From Octopus vulgaris (lineage: Eukaryota), in the NCBI GenBank assembly GCA_951406725.2, contig OX597839.1, positions 37,510,001 through 37,574,000 on the forward strand: a DNA stretch of 64,000 nt, written 5' to 3'. The notes beneath the pieces were generated by a model. The model did no database searches and was not told the DNA's origin. It saw nothing but the letters and a program-made list of their open reading frames with translations. The position numbers and the translations under genes are program-made. This document shows positions 49,197 to 63,660 of this stretch, piece after piece (the first letter of the stretch is position 1; the number at the start of each line of letters is the position of its first letter).

Positions 49197-50104
49197 TAAA
49201 GATGTTTGAATCTTGACCATGTTTGTCTTTCAAATGTCATTTTCAGACCGCGCTGTCCAAATTGTCCAAGATCTGGAGGAGGAGATTTGGCTGCTATTTC
49301 TAGCCACTTGAGTGGTCGCGTAGGGGCTCAACCCTTTGAATATCATTAATGGTGGTGGTGGTGGGGGAATGAGAAGTTTCTGGTGTTTACATAGAAGATA
49401 GAGAGGGGAGGGGGTAAGCTATGTTTGGCTCTCCTGTCTCTTACTATCCCTCTACCGTTGCCCTTTACGAAATACCCATTCTTCTCTGCCCCGCCCCCCT
49501 CTCTGTCTATCTGTCTCCCTGTCTTTCACCCTCTTTCTCTCTTTGCCTGTCTGTCCCTCCCTCACTTTCTGTCTGTCTCTCACTCTCTTTCTGTCTGTTC
49601 CTCCCTCTCTTTCTGTCTGATTGTCTCTCTCACTCTCCCTCTCTCTCTGGCCCTCATTCTCCACCCACTCCCTCTTGGTCTGAATTACGTACATGTGTGT
49701 TAGTATGTAATCACATGCGTGTGTATGTGTAGTTATGTAGTCGTCTATGTATGTATGTGTGTGTATCATCATGTTTTGTAATGATTTATGTGTATGTATA
49801 TAACCGTTGTGTTACTAATGTATGTTTGTCTTTAATTATGTACGTGTGTGTGCATGTTGTCATGGTTTGTTGTATATTTAGTAACGTGTATGTGTGTACG
49901 TGCGTATAAAATAGTGTGTGCGTGTGTGTGTTTATGTGTGTGTGTGCTACCATCTCACTGTGTCTGTACCACTGACATAATCCATGTTGTTATGCAAGAT
50001 TGTCAGCTTACAACACTGGTTTGTGATGTTTATATGAGGGACATTAATGACAAAATTAAAACTTATATAAACTTATAAAGCAATTAACTGGGAATTAGTT
50101 ATAA

Positions 50105-50990
50105 CATGAAATATTTGACTGGGGGTTGTTGCTCATGGTGTAATACACAAGATGGGGTTGGTTACACCCTGAAATATTTGACTGGGGATTATCTTTCATG
50201 GGATATATAACATGGGGATAGCTACACATTAAAATATTTGACTGGGAAGTGTTGTACATGGAAGAATATGTTACATGGGGCTGACTATATGTTGAATATT
50301 TGACTAGGGTTTGCCATACATGGAGGAATAAATCATGTGAGGTTGGTTACACCCTGAAATATTTGACTGGGGATTATCTTTCATGGGATATATAACATGG
50401 GGATAGCTACACATTAAAATATTTGACTGGGAAGTGTTGTACATGGAAGAATATGTTACATGGGGCTGGCTGTATGTTGAATATTTGACTAGGGTTTGCC
50501 ATACATGGAGGAATAAATCATGTGAGGTTGGTTATATCATGAAATATTTGAATGGGGATTATCTTTCATGGGATATATAACATGGGGATAGCTACACATT
50601 AAAATATTTGACTGGGAAGTGTTGTACATGGAAGAATATGTTACATGGGGCTGGCTATATGTTGAATATTTGACTAGGGTTTGCCATACATGGAGGAATA
50701 AATCATGTGAGGTTGGTTATATCATGAAATATTTGAATGGGGATTGTCACACATGGAGTAATATGTATCTTGGGTTGGTTGTATCGCGAAATATTTCACT
50801 GGGGATTGTCACACATGGAGTAATATGTAACATGGGGTTGGTTATATGCTGAAATATTTGGCTGGGGACCATTACACACGGAGGCTATGTAACATAGTGT
50901 CGATTTGTCATGAAAATATTTGAATGAAGGCGGTTTCATATGGAAGATATATAATGGAACCCCCATCTTGAAATATCTGGCTGGGGTTTC
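50105..50990. repeat. Minisatellite of ~62-bp monomers with a 185-bp trimeric higher-order repeat
   Basis: aatatttgactggg recurs every ~62 bp; 185-bp period at 50171, 50356, 50541, 50726. Confidence 0.88.
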
Positions 50991-51388
50991 GTCAGAAATG
51001 GTAAAAAAATATACTGGAAGGAGGCATGTGGTGCAAAGGAAGTCAACTGAAAAACTGTACACGATTCACTGATTTGGTGGCTATGGAGTTTAACCGTAGG
51101 TCAACCATGCTCTAGTAGACCTATGATCAAATGTATTCCAGCCATGACTATCCCATCTTTCATTTAGGCATAGTGTATCTAGGATTATGTTCTAATGTGT
51201 TCTTTGTTTTGTTGTTGTTTAACCCCAGGTCAGCCCTGGTCTAGCAGATCTATGATAAAGAAGATATTCCAGCTGTGACCCACCCATCTTTTATTCAGGC
51301 ATAGTGTATCTAGGAGTACGGCATCTACTGGGTCCTTTTTTTTTGTTGTCATTGCTGTTGTTTAGTCCCAGCTAAGTCCTGGTCTGGT

Positions 51389-51423
<35 letters not shown>

Positions 51424-52008
51424 TACATTTGCACACATATACACATACATGCATATGCACCCATGCAAGCACATACACAAATATCCACACAAGCACGAAT
51501 GCATATGTGCATACACACACATATATACCTATATATATATATACACACATGCATATATACATTCATATACATTTATACACACACATACATAAATTTATGG
51601 TAAACATCCTGTTTGCTGCTTGTTATCCTTACCATATAACGACCCCTAACTGTCCTTCCTTCCCTCCCACTCCTCCTCTTCTCCTCACTCCAAGTCCCGA
51701 CATCTTCCCTGTTTCTGCAACTCCCTACATCTTCCCTGTTACATAAACACTTCTTCTTTCAAGGCTCCCCCCCCACCACCACCACAATCCCCAGGTTTCT
51801 AATTCGCTTTTACCTTTACGCCAACACCTCCCAGCCTTACATCCCACCCACACTAAACCCCTACTACCTTTCCTATTATACCAACTATAGCTCTTCCCTC
51901 TGTCACACAAAATCCCCTTTCTTACCATACCACCATATTTCCAGCTATACCACCACCCACATTTCACCCAGGTATATATATATATGGTTGAGCCCCTATA
52001 TATATATA

Positions 52009-52388
52009 GGCGCCGGAGTGGCTGTGTGGTAAGTAGCTTGCTAACCAACCACATGGTTCCGGGTTCAGTCCCACTGTGTGGCATCTTGGGCAAGTGTCTT
52101 CTGCTATAGCCCCGGGCTGACCAAAGCCTTGTGAGTGGATTTGGTAGACGGAAACTGAAAGAAGCCCGTCGTATATATGTATATATATGTATGTGTGTGT
52201 GTGTTTGTCCCCCTAGCATTGCTTGACAACCGATGCTGGTGTGTTTTCGTCCCCGTCACTTAGCGGTTCGGCAAAAGAGACCAATAGAATAAGTACTGGG
52301 CTTACAAAGAGTAAGTCCCGGGGTCGATTTGCTCGACTAAAGGCGGTGCTCCAGCATGGCCGCAGTCAAATGGCTGAAACAAGTAAAA
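52009..52388 (+). mobile_element. SINE family A
   Basis: Full length. Confidence 0.9.
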
Positions 52389-52993
52389 TTAATAAAAAAA
52401 GAAAGAATATATATAAGTTCAGTAAAATTTAGATTCAGATGAATATGGTACTTAAGTTAAAGGCACCAGAATTTAGTATGGTATTATCCATATAATTCAA
52501 AATGGGGGTGATTATAATCAAAATAAGCAACAAGGATATCCAGAGGCAATGCAGTACGATCGTTTCATGTGACTCCATTTAATTGAACAATGCAAATATT
52601 ACATCAATTTTAAAATGTAGAGCAATCTCTATATATATATATATAGATTGCTCTACATTTTAATATATATATATATATTTGTGAAAAGATTAGAAATGGC
52701 TTTTCTGATATTTTCCCACTTTAATGATTAAATGTTTATAAATTGTTATATTTTTCAAATATATAATACTGTACCAATGGTAACGATTTTTTTTTGCCAA
52801 CCTAATGTGGCAGTCCCATTTTGGGGTGAATGCTATTGTTGGACTTACTATTTCTTATTCTACAACACACATATACACACAGGTAGATATACATATCTAC
52901 ATCAGGTGTTATACCACACATATACATACACATTAACATCTGTTTACAGAGGCATACATACACTATCAACACCTCTTCTTACAAACTCACTCA

Positions 52994-53036
<43 letters not shown>

Positions 53037-53352
53037 ATACATTCGTATACACATATACACACACATATGTTTATACTTAATTATTTATGTACATATAAAT
53101 ATCTAAGTTGTAATGAACTCTGGGGAGAGCTGAACAACAGAAGGTTTTTCAGAGATGTTACCCCAACACACACTCAAGTGTTTAAGCCCTTAACTCTTTA
53201 CATTCTAAGGGGGTTGGACTCATATCTAGCTCATAACTCTTGGATATCCCTCCCCTGCTACATTCTGTGTTATTGTCTACATCAGTGTTTCTCAACCAGG
53301 GTTCCCTGAAACCCTAGGGTTCTGCAAAAGGTTACTAGGGGTACTCCTGCTA

Positions 53353-53390
<38 letters not shown>

Positions 53391-53395
53391 TTAAC

Positions 53396-53797
53396 GCAGG
53401 AGTGGCTGTGTGATAAGTAGCTTGCTTACCAACCACATGGTTTCGGGTTCAGTCCCACTGCGTGGCATCTTGGGCAAGTGTCTTCTGCTATAGCCTTGGG
53501 CCGACCGATGCCATGTGAGTGGATTTGGTAGACGGAAACTGAAAGAAGCCCGTCGTATATATGTGTATATATATATATATATGTGCGTGTATGTATGTGT
53601 GTTTGTCCCCCTAGCATTGCTTGACAACCGATGCTGGTGTGTTTACGTCCCCGTCACTTAGCGGTTCAGCAAAAGAGACCGATAGATTAAGTACTGGGCT
53701 TACAAAGAATAAGTCCCGGGGTCGATTTGCTCGACTAAAGGCGGTGCTCCAGCATGGCCGCAGTCAAATGACTGAAACAAGTAAAAGAGTAAAAGAG
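53396..53797 (+). mobile_element. SINE family A
   Basis: Full length. Confidence 0.9.
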
Positions 53798-53883
53798 ACT
53801 GACAAAGGAGACAAGGTCCCTATGACAAGCAAGATGGAGTCTTATCGCTGATTTCAGATTTGATTAATTTTAATCAGTGACCC

Positions 53884-53927
<44 letters not shown>

Positions 53928-53989
53928 TGTGTGGTTAAGAAGCTTGCTTCCCAAATACATGGTTTTGGGTTCAGCTCCATTATGTAGCA

Positions 53990-54169
53990 CAGTGGTTCCC
54001 GACCCTTTTCACAGTGTTTCCCAACCCTTTTATATAAATGAGTTTTCCCACATTTAAAATGCTTATCCTTATGTGTATATATAATGAAATTTTGAATTTA
54101 GTTCACAGACCCCCAGTACTACCTTTGCAGACCACCAGGGGTCTGCAGACCCCAGGTTGGGAATCACTG
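53990..54169. mobile_element. hAT-type MITE inserted in a SINE head
   Basis: Perfect 8-bp TSD atgtagca; TIRs CAGTGGTTCCCGACC / GGTTGGGAATCACTG. Confidence 0.9.
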
Positions 54170-54643
54170 ATGTAGCACATTGAACATGGGTTCACCAAAA
54201 ACTTTGTGAGTGGATTTTATACATGGAAACTGAAAGAAGTCTGTCATATATATATGTGTGATGTGTGTGTGTCTCTCTTTCTAATGTTTTCTAGTTGTTA
54301 GTATGTGTCTATGTTGATTAAAGTCTTAGTATTTGGGAGTGTGTGTGTGTCAGTTACAGTAAAGCAAAGGGCAAGGGTAGGGCTAAAGTCTTCCAGTTGT
54401 TTGTTTGTGGGCTCTTGTTGTTATTTATGTGCGTGGGCTGATTTGCGTAAATGTGTGCGCGTGTGCCTGTTATTTGATACAACATTGGTTTGTATATGTG
54501 CAATGAATGGGCGATGTTGGTTCTATGTTGAAGTATTTCCTGGTTCTGAAGAGGAAACCTAACCTCTTCCATTGCACACTTCACTATGCAGAGTATGTAA
54601 CAGTACACGGACAGATGCTCACACACACACAAATATATATATC

Positions 54644-54828
54644 CTCTTTACTCTTTTACTTGTTTCAGTCATTTGACTGCGGCCATGCTGGAGCACCACC
54701 TTTAATCGAGCAACTCGACCCCGGGACTTATTCTTTTGTAAGCCCAGTACTTATTCTATCGCTAAGTAATGGGGACATAAACACACCAGCATCGGTTGTC
54801 AAGCAATGCTAGGGGACAAACACACACA

Positions 54829-54863
<35 letters not shown>

Positions 54864-55020
54864 GACGGGCTTCTTTCAGTTTCTGTCTACCAAATCCACT
54901 CACAAGGTTTTGGTTGGTCCGAGGCTATAGTAGAAGACACTTGCCCAAGGTGCCACGCAGTGGGACTGAACCCGGAACCATGTGGTTGGTAGACAAGCTA
55001 CTTACCACACAGCCACTCCT

Positions 55021-55024
<4 letters not shown>
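54644..55024 (-). mobile_element. SINE family A
   Basis: Full length. Confidence 0.9.
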
Positions 55025-55056
<32 letters not shown>

Positions 55057-55601
55057 TGCGATGTGTAAATTGTCTCCAGCTTATATTTTTAATTTTGCAT
55101 GTGCACATTGTTTGTTTTTAAGATATGTTTTCATCTACCCCAAGGTGCCTGTAACATTCCTCATCAGATATAGGAGAAACAGTTCAGTCATTGATGGAGA
55201 TACTGTTTGTCTGCTTACAGTTTTCCCCTCATTTCACAAGAATATAGAAACATTCATCCTGATGTACGGTTTTTTTCCTTTGAGTCTTATTTAAGCTCCT
55301 AAGAGAATTCAAACTGGTTGCTAGCAAAACAACATAACCTTTTGATTTAAGAGAGTTCCCAGTGTTTGTAAATATGTGGTTGAGTAGGTGAATACCTGTA
55401 TGCATCATTCACCTGAAGAATCTCAGATGGAGAATCGTTGGAATGTCTTAGAAACCTTCACCGTGCCAATAATAGATTGGGTTTGGAGAATCTACATCAT
55501 TTTATTTCGCTCTTTCTTTGAAAATCCTTGTATTTCTAGGTTTTTGTGTAAATTTGTTGGTACCTAACCCAGTGCACCTATGATGGTCAGTAAAACGTAT
55601 G

Positions 55602-55642
<41 letters not shown>

Positions 55643-55727
55643 TTTTCTTCTTTAACAGCCAAAGTGTGATGTTTATCAGAAAATGAATGTTAGAAATTCA
55701 GATGCTTTACCAGTGTTGGGTCAATAT

Positions 55728-55782
<55 letters not shown>

Positions 55783-56303
55783 ATATATATATATATATAT
55801 ATATATAAATATATATATTTGGGATCGTGGAGGGTGCAGCTGACCTCTGTTGTAAGCTCTCTGTTGCTCTCTCTCCCCCCTTTCTCTCCCCATCTCTCTC
55901 CATCGTTGTGGATAGTTGCAGGGATGGCTGTGTGGTAAGAAGTTTGCTTCCTAACTACATGGTTCCGCGTTCAATCCCACTGCGTGGCACATTGCATAAT
56001 CATCTTCTGCTATAGCTCTGGGCTAACCAAAGCCTTGAGAGTGGATTTGGTAGATGGAAACTGAAAGAAGCCAATTGTATCATCATCATCAGTTATCTCT
56101 AGCATGGTCGTATCTTTTAGATACCCTTAATTATAATTTTCATAATAATTATCACCTGTAAGGTTTTTATTCCCATGCTGGCCACTCACAAAGCCTGAGG
56201 CTATAGTAGAAGACACTTGCCCAAGGTGCCACGCAGTGGGACTGAACCCGGAACCATGTGGTTCATAAGCAAGCTACTTACCACACAGCCACTCCTACAC
56301 CTG

Positions 56304-56334
<31 letters not shown>

Positions 56335-56535
56335 GATAGATAAATATATATACTTACATATATATATTTGTACACAGTTGCATGTATATATTACATATAT
56401 ATGTATGTGCGTGTGTATAGATGTATGTGCATGTGTATAGATGTGTGTTTGTGTGTGTGTGTATATATTTGTGCTTGCATGTGTATATACATGTTTGTGT
56501 ATGTATATATGCATGTGTTTATACAACTGTGCATA

Positions 56536-56569
<34 letters not shown>

Positions 56570-57118
56570 AATAGAAACTATTCTATTTTTATTTAAACAT
56601 GGATTATTGAATACCTGACTGGGCCTCTGTGAAGGCATTTCATTGTCTGGTCCTTGTGTGTATATCTGTATGTAAGTCCATTTGTTTACTAGTGTGGTGT
56701 GTGAATGTTTAGAACATATGACCTTAAGTAGAACAGAGGAAATGTAAATGGCTGGAAGTAATCCGTCTCTCTATTTAATCCCTGGTTAATCCTTTTCATG
56801 TTTAAGTTCAGTAATGGGTGGGCATGGTTAGATTAACTGATTAGCCTGTAGTATAGGGGTTCATATTGGATGGTGCGAGTAAACACCTGATCACCGCTCT
56901 GCTGCTGGTGGGTATCTTCCTTGTTGAGGGCCTGGCTTCTGTTCTACCCTAGATCTAGGGGCAAATTAGAATTTATTTGGAGGTGAAGGGACAAAGGGGA
57001 CACAACGTGGGGGCAGCAATAAAAGTAGGTGGTTAGATATACACACAATCACATGTATACACACACTCATGCACACACACATACACACATGTTCACACCC
57101 ACAAATATATATATATAT

Positions 57119-57323
57119 CTTTTACTCTTTTACTTGTTTCAATCATTTGATTGCGGCCATGATGGAGCACCGCCTTTAGTCGAGCAAATCGCCCCCAGAA
57201 CTTATTCTCTGTCGACCTGTTTTGCTGAGCCACTAAGTTATGGGGATCTAAACACACCAGCATCAGTTGTCAAGCGGTGTTGGGCTGGGTGGGATAAACA
57301 CAGACACACAAACATATACACAC

Positions 57324-57368
<45 letters not shown>

Positions 57369-57531
57369 CGATGGGCTTCTTTCAGTTTCCATCTACCAAA
57401 TCCACTCACAAGGCTTTGGTCGGCCCGAGGCTATAGTAGAAGACACTTGCCCAAGGTGCCACGTAGTGGGACTGTACCCGGAACCATGTGGTTTGTAAGC
57501 AAGCTATTTACCACACAGCCACTCCTGCGCC
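57119..57531 (-). mobile_element. SINE family A
   Basis: Near full length. Confidence 0.88.
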
Positions 57532-57599
57532 TACACACACACACACATTCACATATAGTTTGGGATCGTGGAGGGTGCAGCTGACCTCTGTTGAACTCC

Positions 57600-58590
57600 A
57601 TCTCTTTAAATCCTGTTTTAGCCCTCAGGTCAACTCGAATCCAACACACTTACAATTAAAGACATCCTAGCCATGACCATCCTTTCTTTAATTGAGTCAT
57701 CGTATATTTTGGGCTACATTGTCTAATGTGTTCTTCCTTGTTGTTTAACCCCAGGTTAGTTCAGATCCAGCAGACCTGTGATCAAAGATCTTCCACCCCT
57801 TACCTTTCTCTTTTTGTTAAGGCATTGTGTATCTTGTACGGCCTTATTGTTTAACCCCAGGTCAAAGTTGATCCAGTATACCTATCATTAAAGATGATCT
57901 AGCTGTGACCATTCCACCTTTTACTCATAGTGTATCTAGGACTATATTATCTAATGTGTCCCTTTTAGTTGTTTAGCCCCAGGTCAGTCTCCTGATCCAA
58001 CCCACCTTTATAATCAAAGCTATTCCAACTATGACCATTCCATCTGAATATCATAATCTGGTGTCACATAAAAGACACCCAACACACTCTGTAAAGTGGT
58101 TGGCATTAGGAAGGGCATCCAGCCATAGAAACCATGTCAAAGCTGACAGAAGAGCTTGGTGTCTTTGGAATCATCCAACTCATGGCAGCATGGAAAATGG
58201 TCATTAAATGATGACGATGACGTAGTCCTTATGTGTAGCTTTTTCCTTTTTCAATGATTGTAGGTTGTGATTTGAGGGAAATTTAGCTGCTATTTTTAGT
58301 TGTTTCAGTGACATTGACACTTTCTTTGTTGTTGTTTATCCCCAGGTCAGTCCTAATGAAAGGTATTCCAGCTGTGACCACCCCATCTGTATATCACAAG
58401 CTACAAAGCCTTATCTAACTTTTCAAGGACTGTAGGAAGTGATTTGAGTGATACTTAGCTGTTGTTTCTAACTGTTTCAATGGCATCGACTCTGCTTTTT
58501 TTTTTTTTTTTTTTTGCTGTTGTTACTTAGCCCCAGATTAGTCCTGATCAAAGCTGTTCCATCTATGATCATCCCATCTATTTTTATATA
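57600..58590. repeat. Degenerate tandem units of an old dispersed repeat (also 45290-45900 and 51090-51370)
   Basis: Recurring ttgtttaaccccaggtcag...tattccagctgtgaccatccc. Confidence 0.65.
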
Positions 58591-59060
58591 GGCATCCAAC
58601 TGTAGGAACACTGCCAGATCAGACTGGAGCCTGGTGCAGCCTCTTGGCTTCCCAGACCCCGGTCGAACCGTCCAACCCATGCTAGCATGGAAAACGGACG
58701 TTAAACAATGATGATGATGATTATAAATTTTGGGACAAAACCATTTTGGAGGGGGGACAAGTCAATTACCCCCAATATTCAACAGGTACTTATTTTATTG
58801 ACCCTGAAGGGATGAACAGCAAAATTGACTTTGGCAGAATTTGAACTAGGAATGTGAGGAACTGCAAGGAATTCTGCTAAGTGTTTTGTCTGATATGCTA
58901 ATGATTCTGTTAGCTTGCTTCCTTATATTTGTATAAAAAAGGTTACACAATCCTATGTAACTTTTTAAAGACGTGATTTGAGAGATATTTAGCTGCTATT
59001 TTAGCATCTTGAGTAATGTTGTTTGTTGCTTTTGTTGCTTAGGTCCAGGTCACTCTAAAT

Positions 59061-59752
59061 CAGGCCTGGCTAATTTGAATTAGGCCGTTGCCAGTGCCGC
59101 TGGACTGGCTCCTGTGCAGGTGGCACATAAAAAGCACCATTTGAGCGTGGCCGTTGCCAGTACCGCCTGACTGGCCCTCGTGCCAATGGCATGTAAAAGC
59201 ACCCACTACACTCTCGGAGTGGTTGGCGTTAGGAAGGGCATCCAGCTGTAGAAACTCTGCCAGATCAAGATTGGAGTCTGGTGCAGCCATCTGGTTCGCC
59301 AGACCCCAGTCAAATCGTCCAGCCCATGCTAGCATGGAAAGCGGACGTTAAACGATGATGATGATGATGATGATGATGTGGGCCACTTTAACCACAGAAA
59401 GCTTTTTGAGGGTCACTTTTATACTGACTGAATTGAAAGCATTTTGCTTTCTCGTGCTTTTATTACAATCCTTAATGAATGATCGCTGATTCAACACGAA
59501 AAATTATCGTTGCAATAACAGTAGTATCTTTCTTTTTTACTTTTCATTACTATACTCTTTTACTTGCTTCAGTCATTTGACTGCGGCCATGCTGGAGCAC
59601 CGCCTTTAGTCGAGCAAATCTTATTCTTTGTAAGCCCAGTACTTATTCTATCGGTCTCTTTTGCCGAACCGCTAAGTGACGGGGACGTAAACACACCAGC
59701 ATCGGTTGTCAAGCAATGCTAGGGGGACAATCACACACACACAAACACACAT

Positions 59753-59807
<55 letters not shown>

Positions 59808-60037
59808 TACGACAGGCTTCTTTCAGTTTCCGTCTACCAAATCCACTCACAAGGCATTGGTCGGCCCGGGGCTATAGCAGAAGACACTTGCCCAAGATGC
59901 CACGCAGTGGGACTGAACCCAGAACCATGTGGTTGGTTAGCAAGCTACTTACCACACAGCCACCTTTAATTTTTGATAAAATTTTTTTTTAAATGTTTGT
60001 TTAAATAAACCCATTTCAAGAAGGTATCAAGTGGGCC
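59061..60037. mobile_element. Second copy of the SINE-carrying hAT-like MITE (SINE-A at 59551-59962; family C insertion at 59083-59378)
   Basis: Unique flanks on both sides of the SINE match 30094-30692. Confidence 0.75.
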
Positions 60038-60479
60038 GCTAACAACCCACGGGTCTCATGTAGTTATATGTAGTGTTTTGAGGGAAATTTAGCTGTAATT
60101 TTCTTGCACCACGAGTGACATTGACTTAAGATGGTTGACTTAGATAAGCTCCCTCGTCCTGTTTCTTGGGTTGGCAGGTGAATAGTGGTGGCCATATAAT
60201 TTGTCTGGCTGATAATAGAAGAAGAAGAAGAAGAAGAAGAAGATGAGCTGTGATGAGGAATTCTCTGCTATCAGGCAACTGTTAACCTTTAACTGACCCA
60301 GCATGAATTCATACTGGAGTCATACGGCTTACATATCCCAGATATTGCACAGCCTACCCCCAACCACCTTCACACACTTACGCATGCACACATACACACA
60401 CACACACATGCATAAACACACATACATACATACACACACACTGTGAAGACAGCCCTGGAGCACTTCTCATGCTTCCATC

Positions 60480-61370
60480 ATGACCATCACCACCGGCATC
60501 ATCGGCACCACATGGTAACATCGTTACGTCTATCACAGCTAACACTGCCACCATCACCACCCCCACCATCATTATCACCATCATCATCATCATCGTCATC
60601 ATCACCACCATCATCTCCATTGCTGCCACCACCACCACCACCATTACCACCATCCTCATTACTAAGACTACGTAACCATCACCATCATCTCCACTATCAA
60701 CACCACCCACCATCACCACCACCACCACCACTGCCACCTCCACCACCATCACCATGACTACACAAGAACTACCAAATCACAACATTGCACCCACCATCAC
60801 AGATGCCTCCACACCACCACCCCCAACACCACCTCCACCACCACCACCACCACCGTTATTGCCATCTCCGCCACCATGGTAAATACCGCCGCCATCATCG
60901 TCATTACACGACAGCTATGTTGCCCATCACCACACTCACCGCCGCCGCCACCACCCGTATTGCACAAGAACCACTACACCACCCACCGCTACCAACACCA
61001 ACACCATCTACATTGAAGTTCCTTTGCTAATCAGCGTGGCTAGATACAGTTAATTAAAAGTTTGGTGAGTGCTTATGTATGTAATGTACACACACATGTA
61101 TGTAATGTGTGTGTGTATGTGTGTGTGTGTGTGTATGTATGTAATGCGTGTGTGCGTGTATGTATGTAATGTGTGTGCGTGTGCGTGTATGTATGTAATG
61201 TGTGTGTGTGTGTGTGTGCGTGTATGTATGTAACGTGTGTGTGCGTGTATGTATGTAATGTGTGTGTGTGTGCGTGTATGTATGTAATGTGTGTGTGTGT
61301 GCGTGTATGTATGTAATGTGTGTGTGTGTGCGTGTATGTATGTAATGTGTGTGTATGTATATATAGAAAC
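60480..61370. repeat. (CAC/CAT)n low-complexity tract followed by a TG-rich minisatellite
   Basis: Direct inspection. Confidence 0.85.
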
Positions 61371-63660
61371 ATACATGTATTAATCTATGTAAGCATATAT
61401 GTGATGTGTGTGTGTGTGTGTGTTTGTGACATGTTGCATATTTGTTTGATGTGTGTGCCTTGTAGGTCATGCATCTATATATGTGTGTATTTATGTTTGA
61501 GCTTGTTCATTTAAGTTTATTATTATTATTATTATTATTATTATTGATCCTCAACTTTATCTCGGGTCTATTTCTGGCCAAACAAAACAAACAAAAAACA
61601 AATTTAAAACTCTTGTCTTTACTCACTTTGGACAAATCTACTTCCCTGGAGTATATTGCAGTCATCTATTTGACCTTCTTCTCTTGTCAACTTGGGTGGG
61701 ATCACTGTTGTAGCCCACCCAGGGTAGCCTTACTACATATTATAACCCACCTAGGGTAGACCTAATACATCTATATCCTGTTTTGTGTAACACACACAGG
61801 GTGGACCTAATATATGTATTAACCAACCAGGTTGGCCCTAAAACATGTGCATTCCACCCAGAGAAGCTCTAACATGTGTGATTCTCCCAGGGTATCTCAT
61901 GCAAATTATCTCTTACACATGTGTATCCCCCTAGGGTAGTTCTAATGTTGTATTTTACAGGTACTCCTAATACTTGTTATCTTACCAAGGTACTCTACAT
62001 GTAGGTACTCCTTCGTGTGTATCCTACATGTAGGATACACATGTAGCCCAGATACATGTGTATCCTACATAGAGGGGTTTTGTTGGGATGGAGAGTGGTA
62101 CTGTTGAAATATTGTGTGGGGTAGAGTGTGTGAATGTGGGTATATTATGTGGGGTGGGCGGTGGGTGTATTTTGTTTGGTGGGCTGTGAGTACATTATGT
62201 GGGGTGGGTTGTGGGTACATCGTGTCGGGTGAAATGTGGGAATATTGTGTTGGGTGGAGAGTGGGACGGTTGGTATGTTGTATGAGGTGGGGCGTGGAAT
62301 TGTGGGTATATTGTGTGGGGTGGAGTGTAGGACAGTGGGTACGTTCTGTGTGAGAAGAGGAGTGTGGCAGCATGTTCAGCAACACATATCCATGTTCGAC
62401 AGGGGATACATTGTGTGTGTGCATGTGGTGGGAGGGACGTAGTATGGAAGAGATGGGGTATAGTGTGTAGGGGTCTTGAAGATGCATTGTAGTATGGAAT
62501 GTTGTGTGGTGTTGTATGGTGGATGAGGACATACTGTATATGTGTAGTGTTTTGTGGTAGTGAGGCCATGTGTGTGTGATATGATGTGGATGTCTGAGCC
62601 ATATGTTCTTATATTCTTAAGACATTTGGGTGTTGTTTGTAGCTGTTAATTCTTGCATATCAAACGACCTATCATGACTTCCTTATCTGTTCATGGATGG
62701 AGTGGTTATTTATAACTCAGTTCCTTCTCTTCAGGTTTAACTAACCATATAATATTGAAATAAGAGGAACCTGTCATTTGTCAACCAGGTAGACTGGGGC
62801 AAGCGTAGTTATGCCTCTTTGTTCAACGGCAGTAGTAGTCCAGTACCTTAACCTCCAATATTTACGCTCCGCAGATTGTATACAAACTCAGTGGATAGCA
62901 ACTCTGGTGACACACTACACCACTGCTTCTTAAAGCGGATGGTACTGATCCTTGGGGTTATGGGTGGGAGTGGAAAATCTTACATAAGTACTGCAGATAT
63001 ATGGGGTGATAAAGGAGTGATATCATCATCATCATCATCAATCCTTGGCATTCCTGTATTGAGTCCGAGAACTCATTTGGCTGGTTACTCAGTTTTCATG
63101 GCACGTATCACCAAGATCACAATGTCACCCTTGAACTGGACACAGTCCATCTCACGGTTATGAATTTACAGCTGAGTGGATTTAAGCCATGTGAAATGAA
63201 ATGTTTTGTTCATGAACACGATGCACCACCCAGTCTGGGAACTGAAACCACAATCTTGCAACTGTGAATGCAACACTCTTACCACCAGCCCATTCCCAGT
63301 GAAGCCATGAGGTTTTTGAAGCAAATTTCTTAACCATACAGCCATGCCTGTGGCATTGTAGACGAAAAATAGCTGAGGGTTTTTAATATGCAAACAAGAA
63401 GGATTGGTGTCTGTCATCATATCACTGTTTTAATGCCTACTTTTCTATGCTTTCATGGGTCGGACAAAATTTGTCAAGGAAGAATTTCTCCAGCTGGACA
63501 CTTTTCCCGTCACCAACCTTCACCTGTTTCAAGTTAGGTAATATTTCCCCTAATATGATTACCACAGAGCTCTGAAAACAAACACCTTTTCCATGATGGT
63601 GACATTTGCTTACAATTATCATATGAACTCAAGATAAGGGGACTACACATTTACACATAT

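Noticed and set aside
55818-57592. 35-bp direct repeat (tttgggatcgtggagggtgcagctgacctctgttg) as LTR or att sites
   Set aside because: No internal coding capacity or TSD; best explained as a small local duplication
62735-62788. Possible + strand exon (polypyrimidine-cag ... cag|gtagac) and ORF 62876-63163
   Set aside because: No recognisable coding signal; cannot be supported without transcript data
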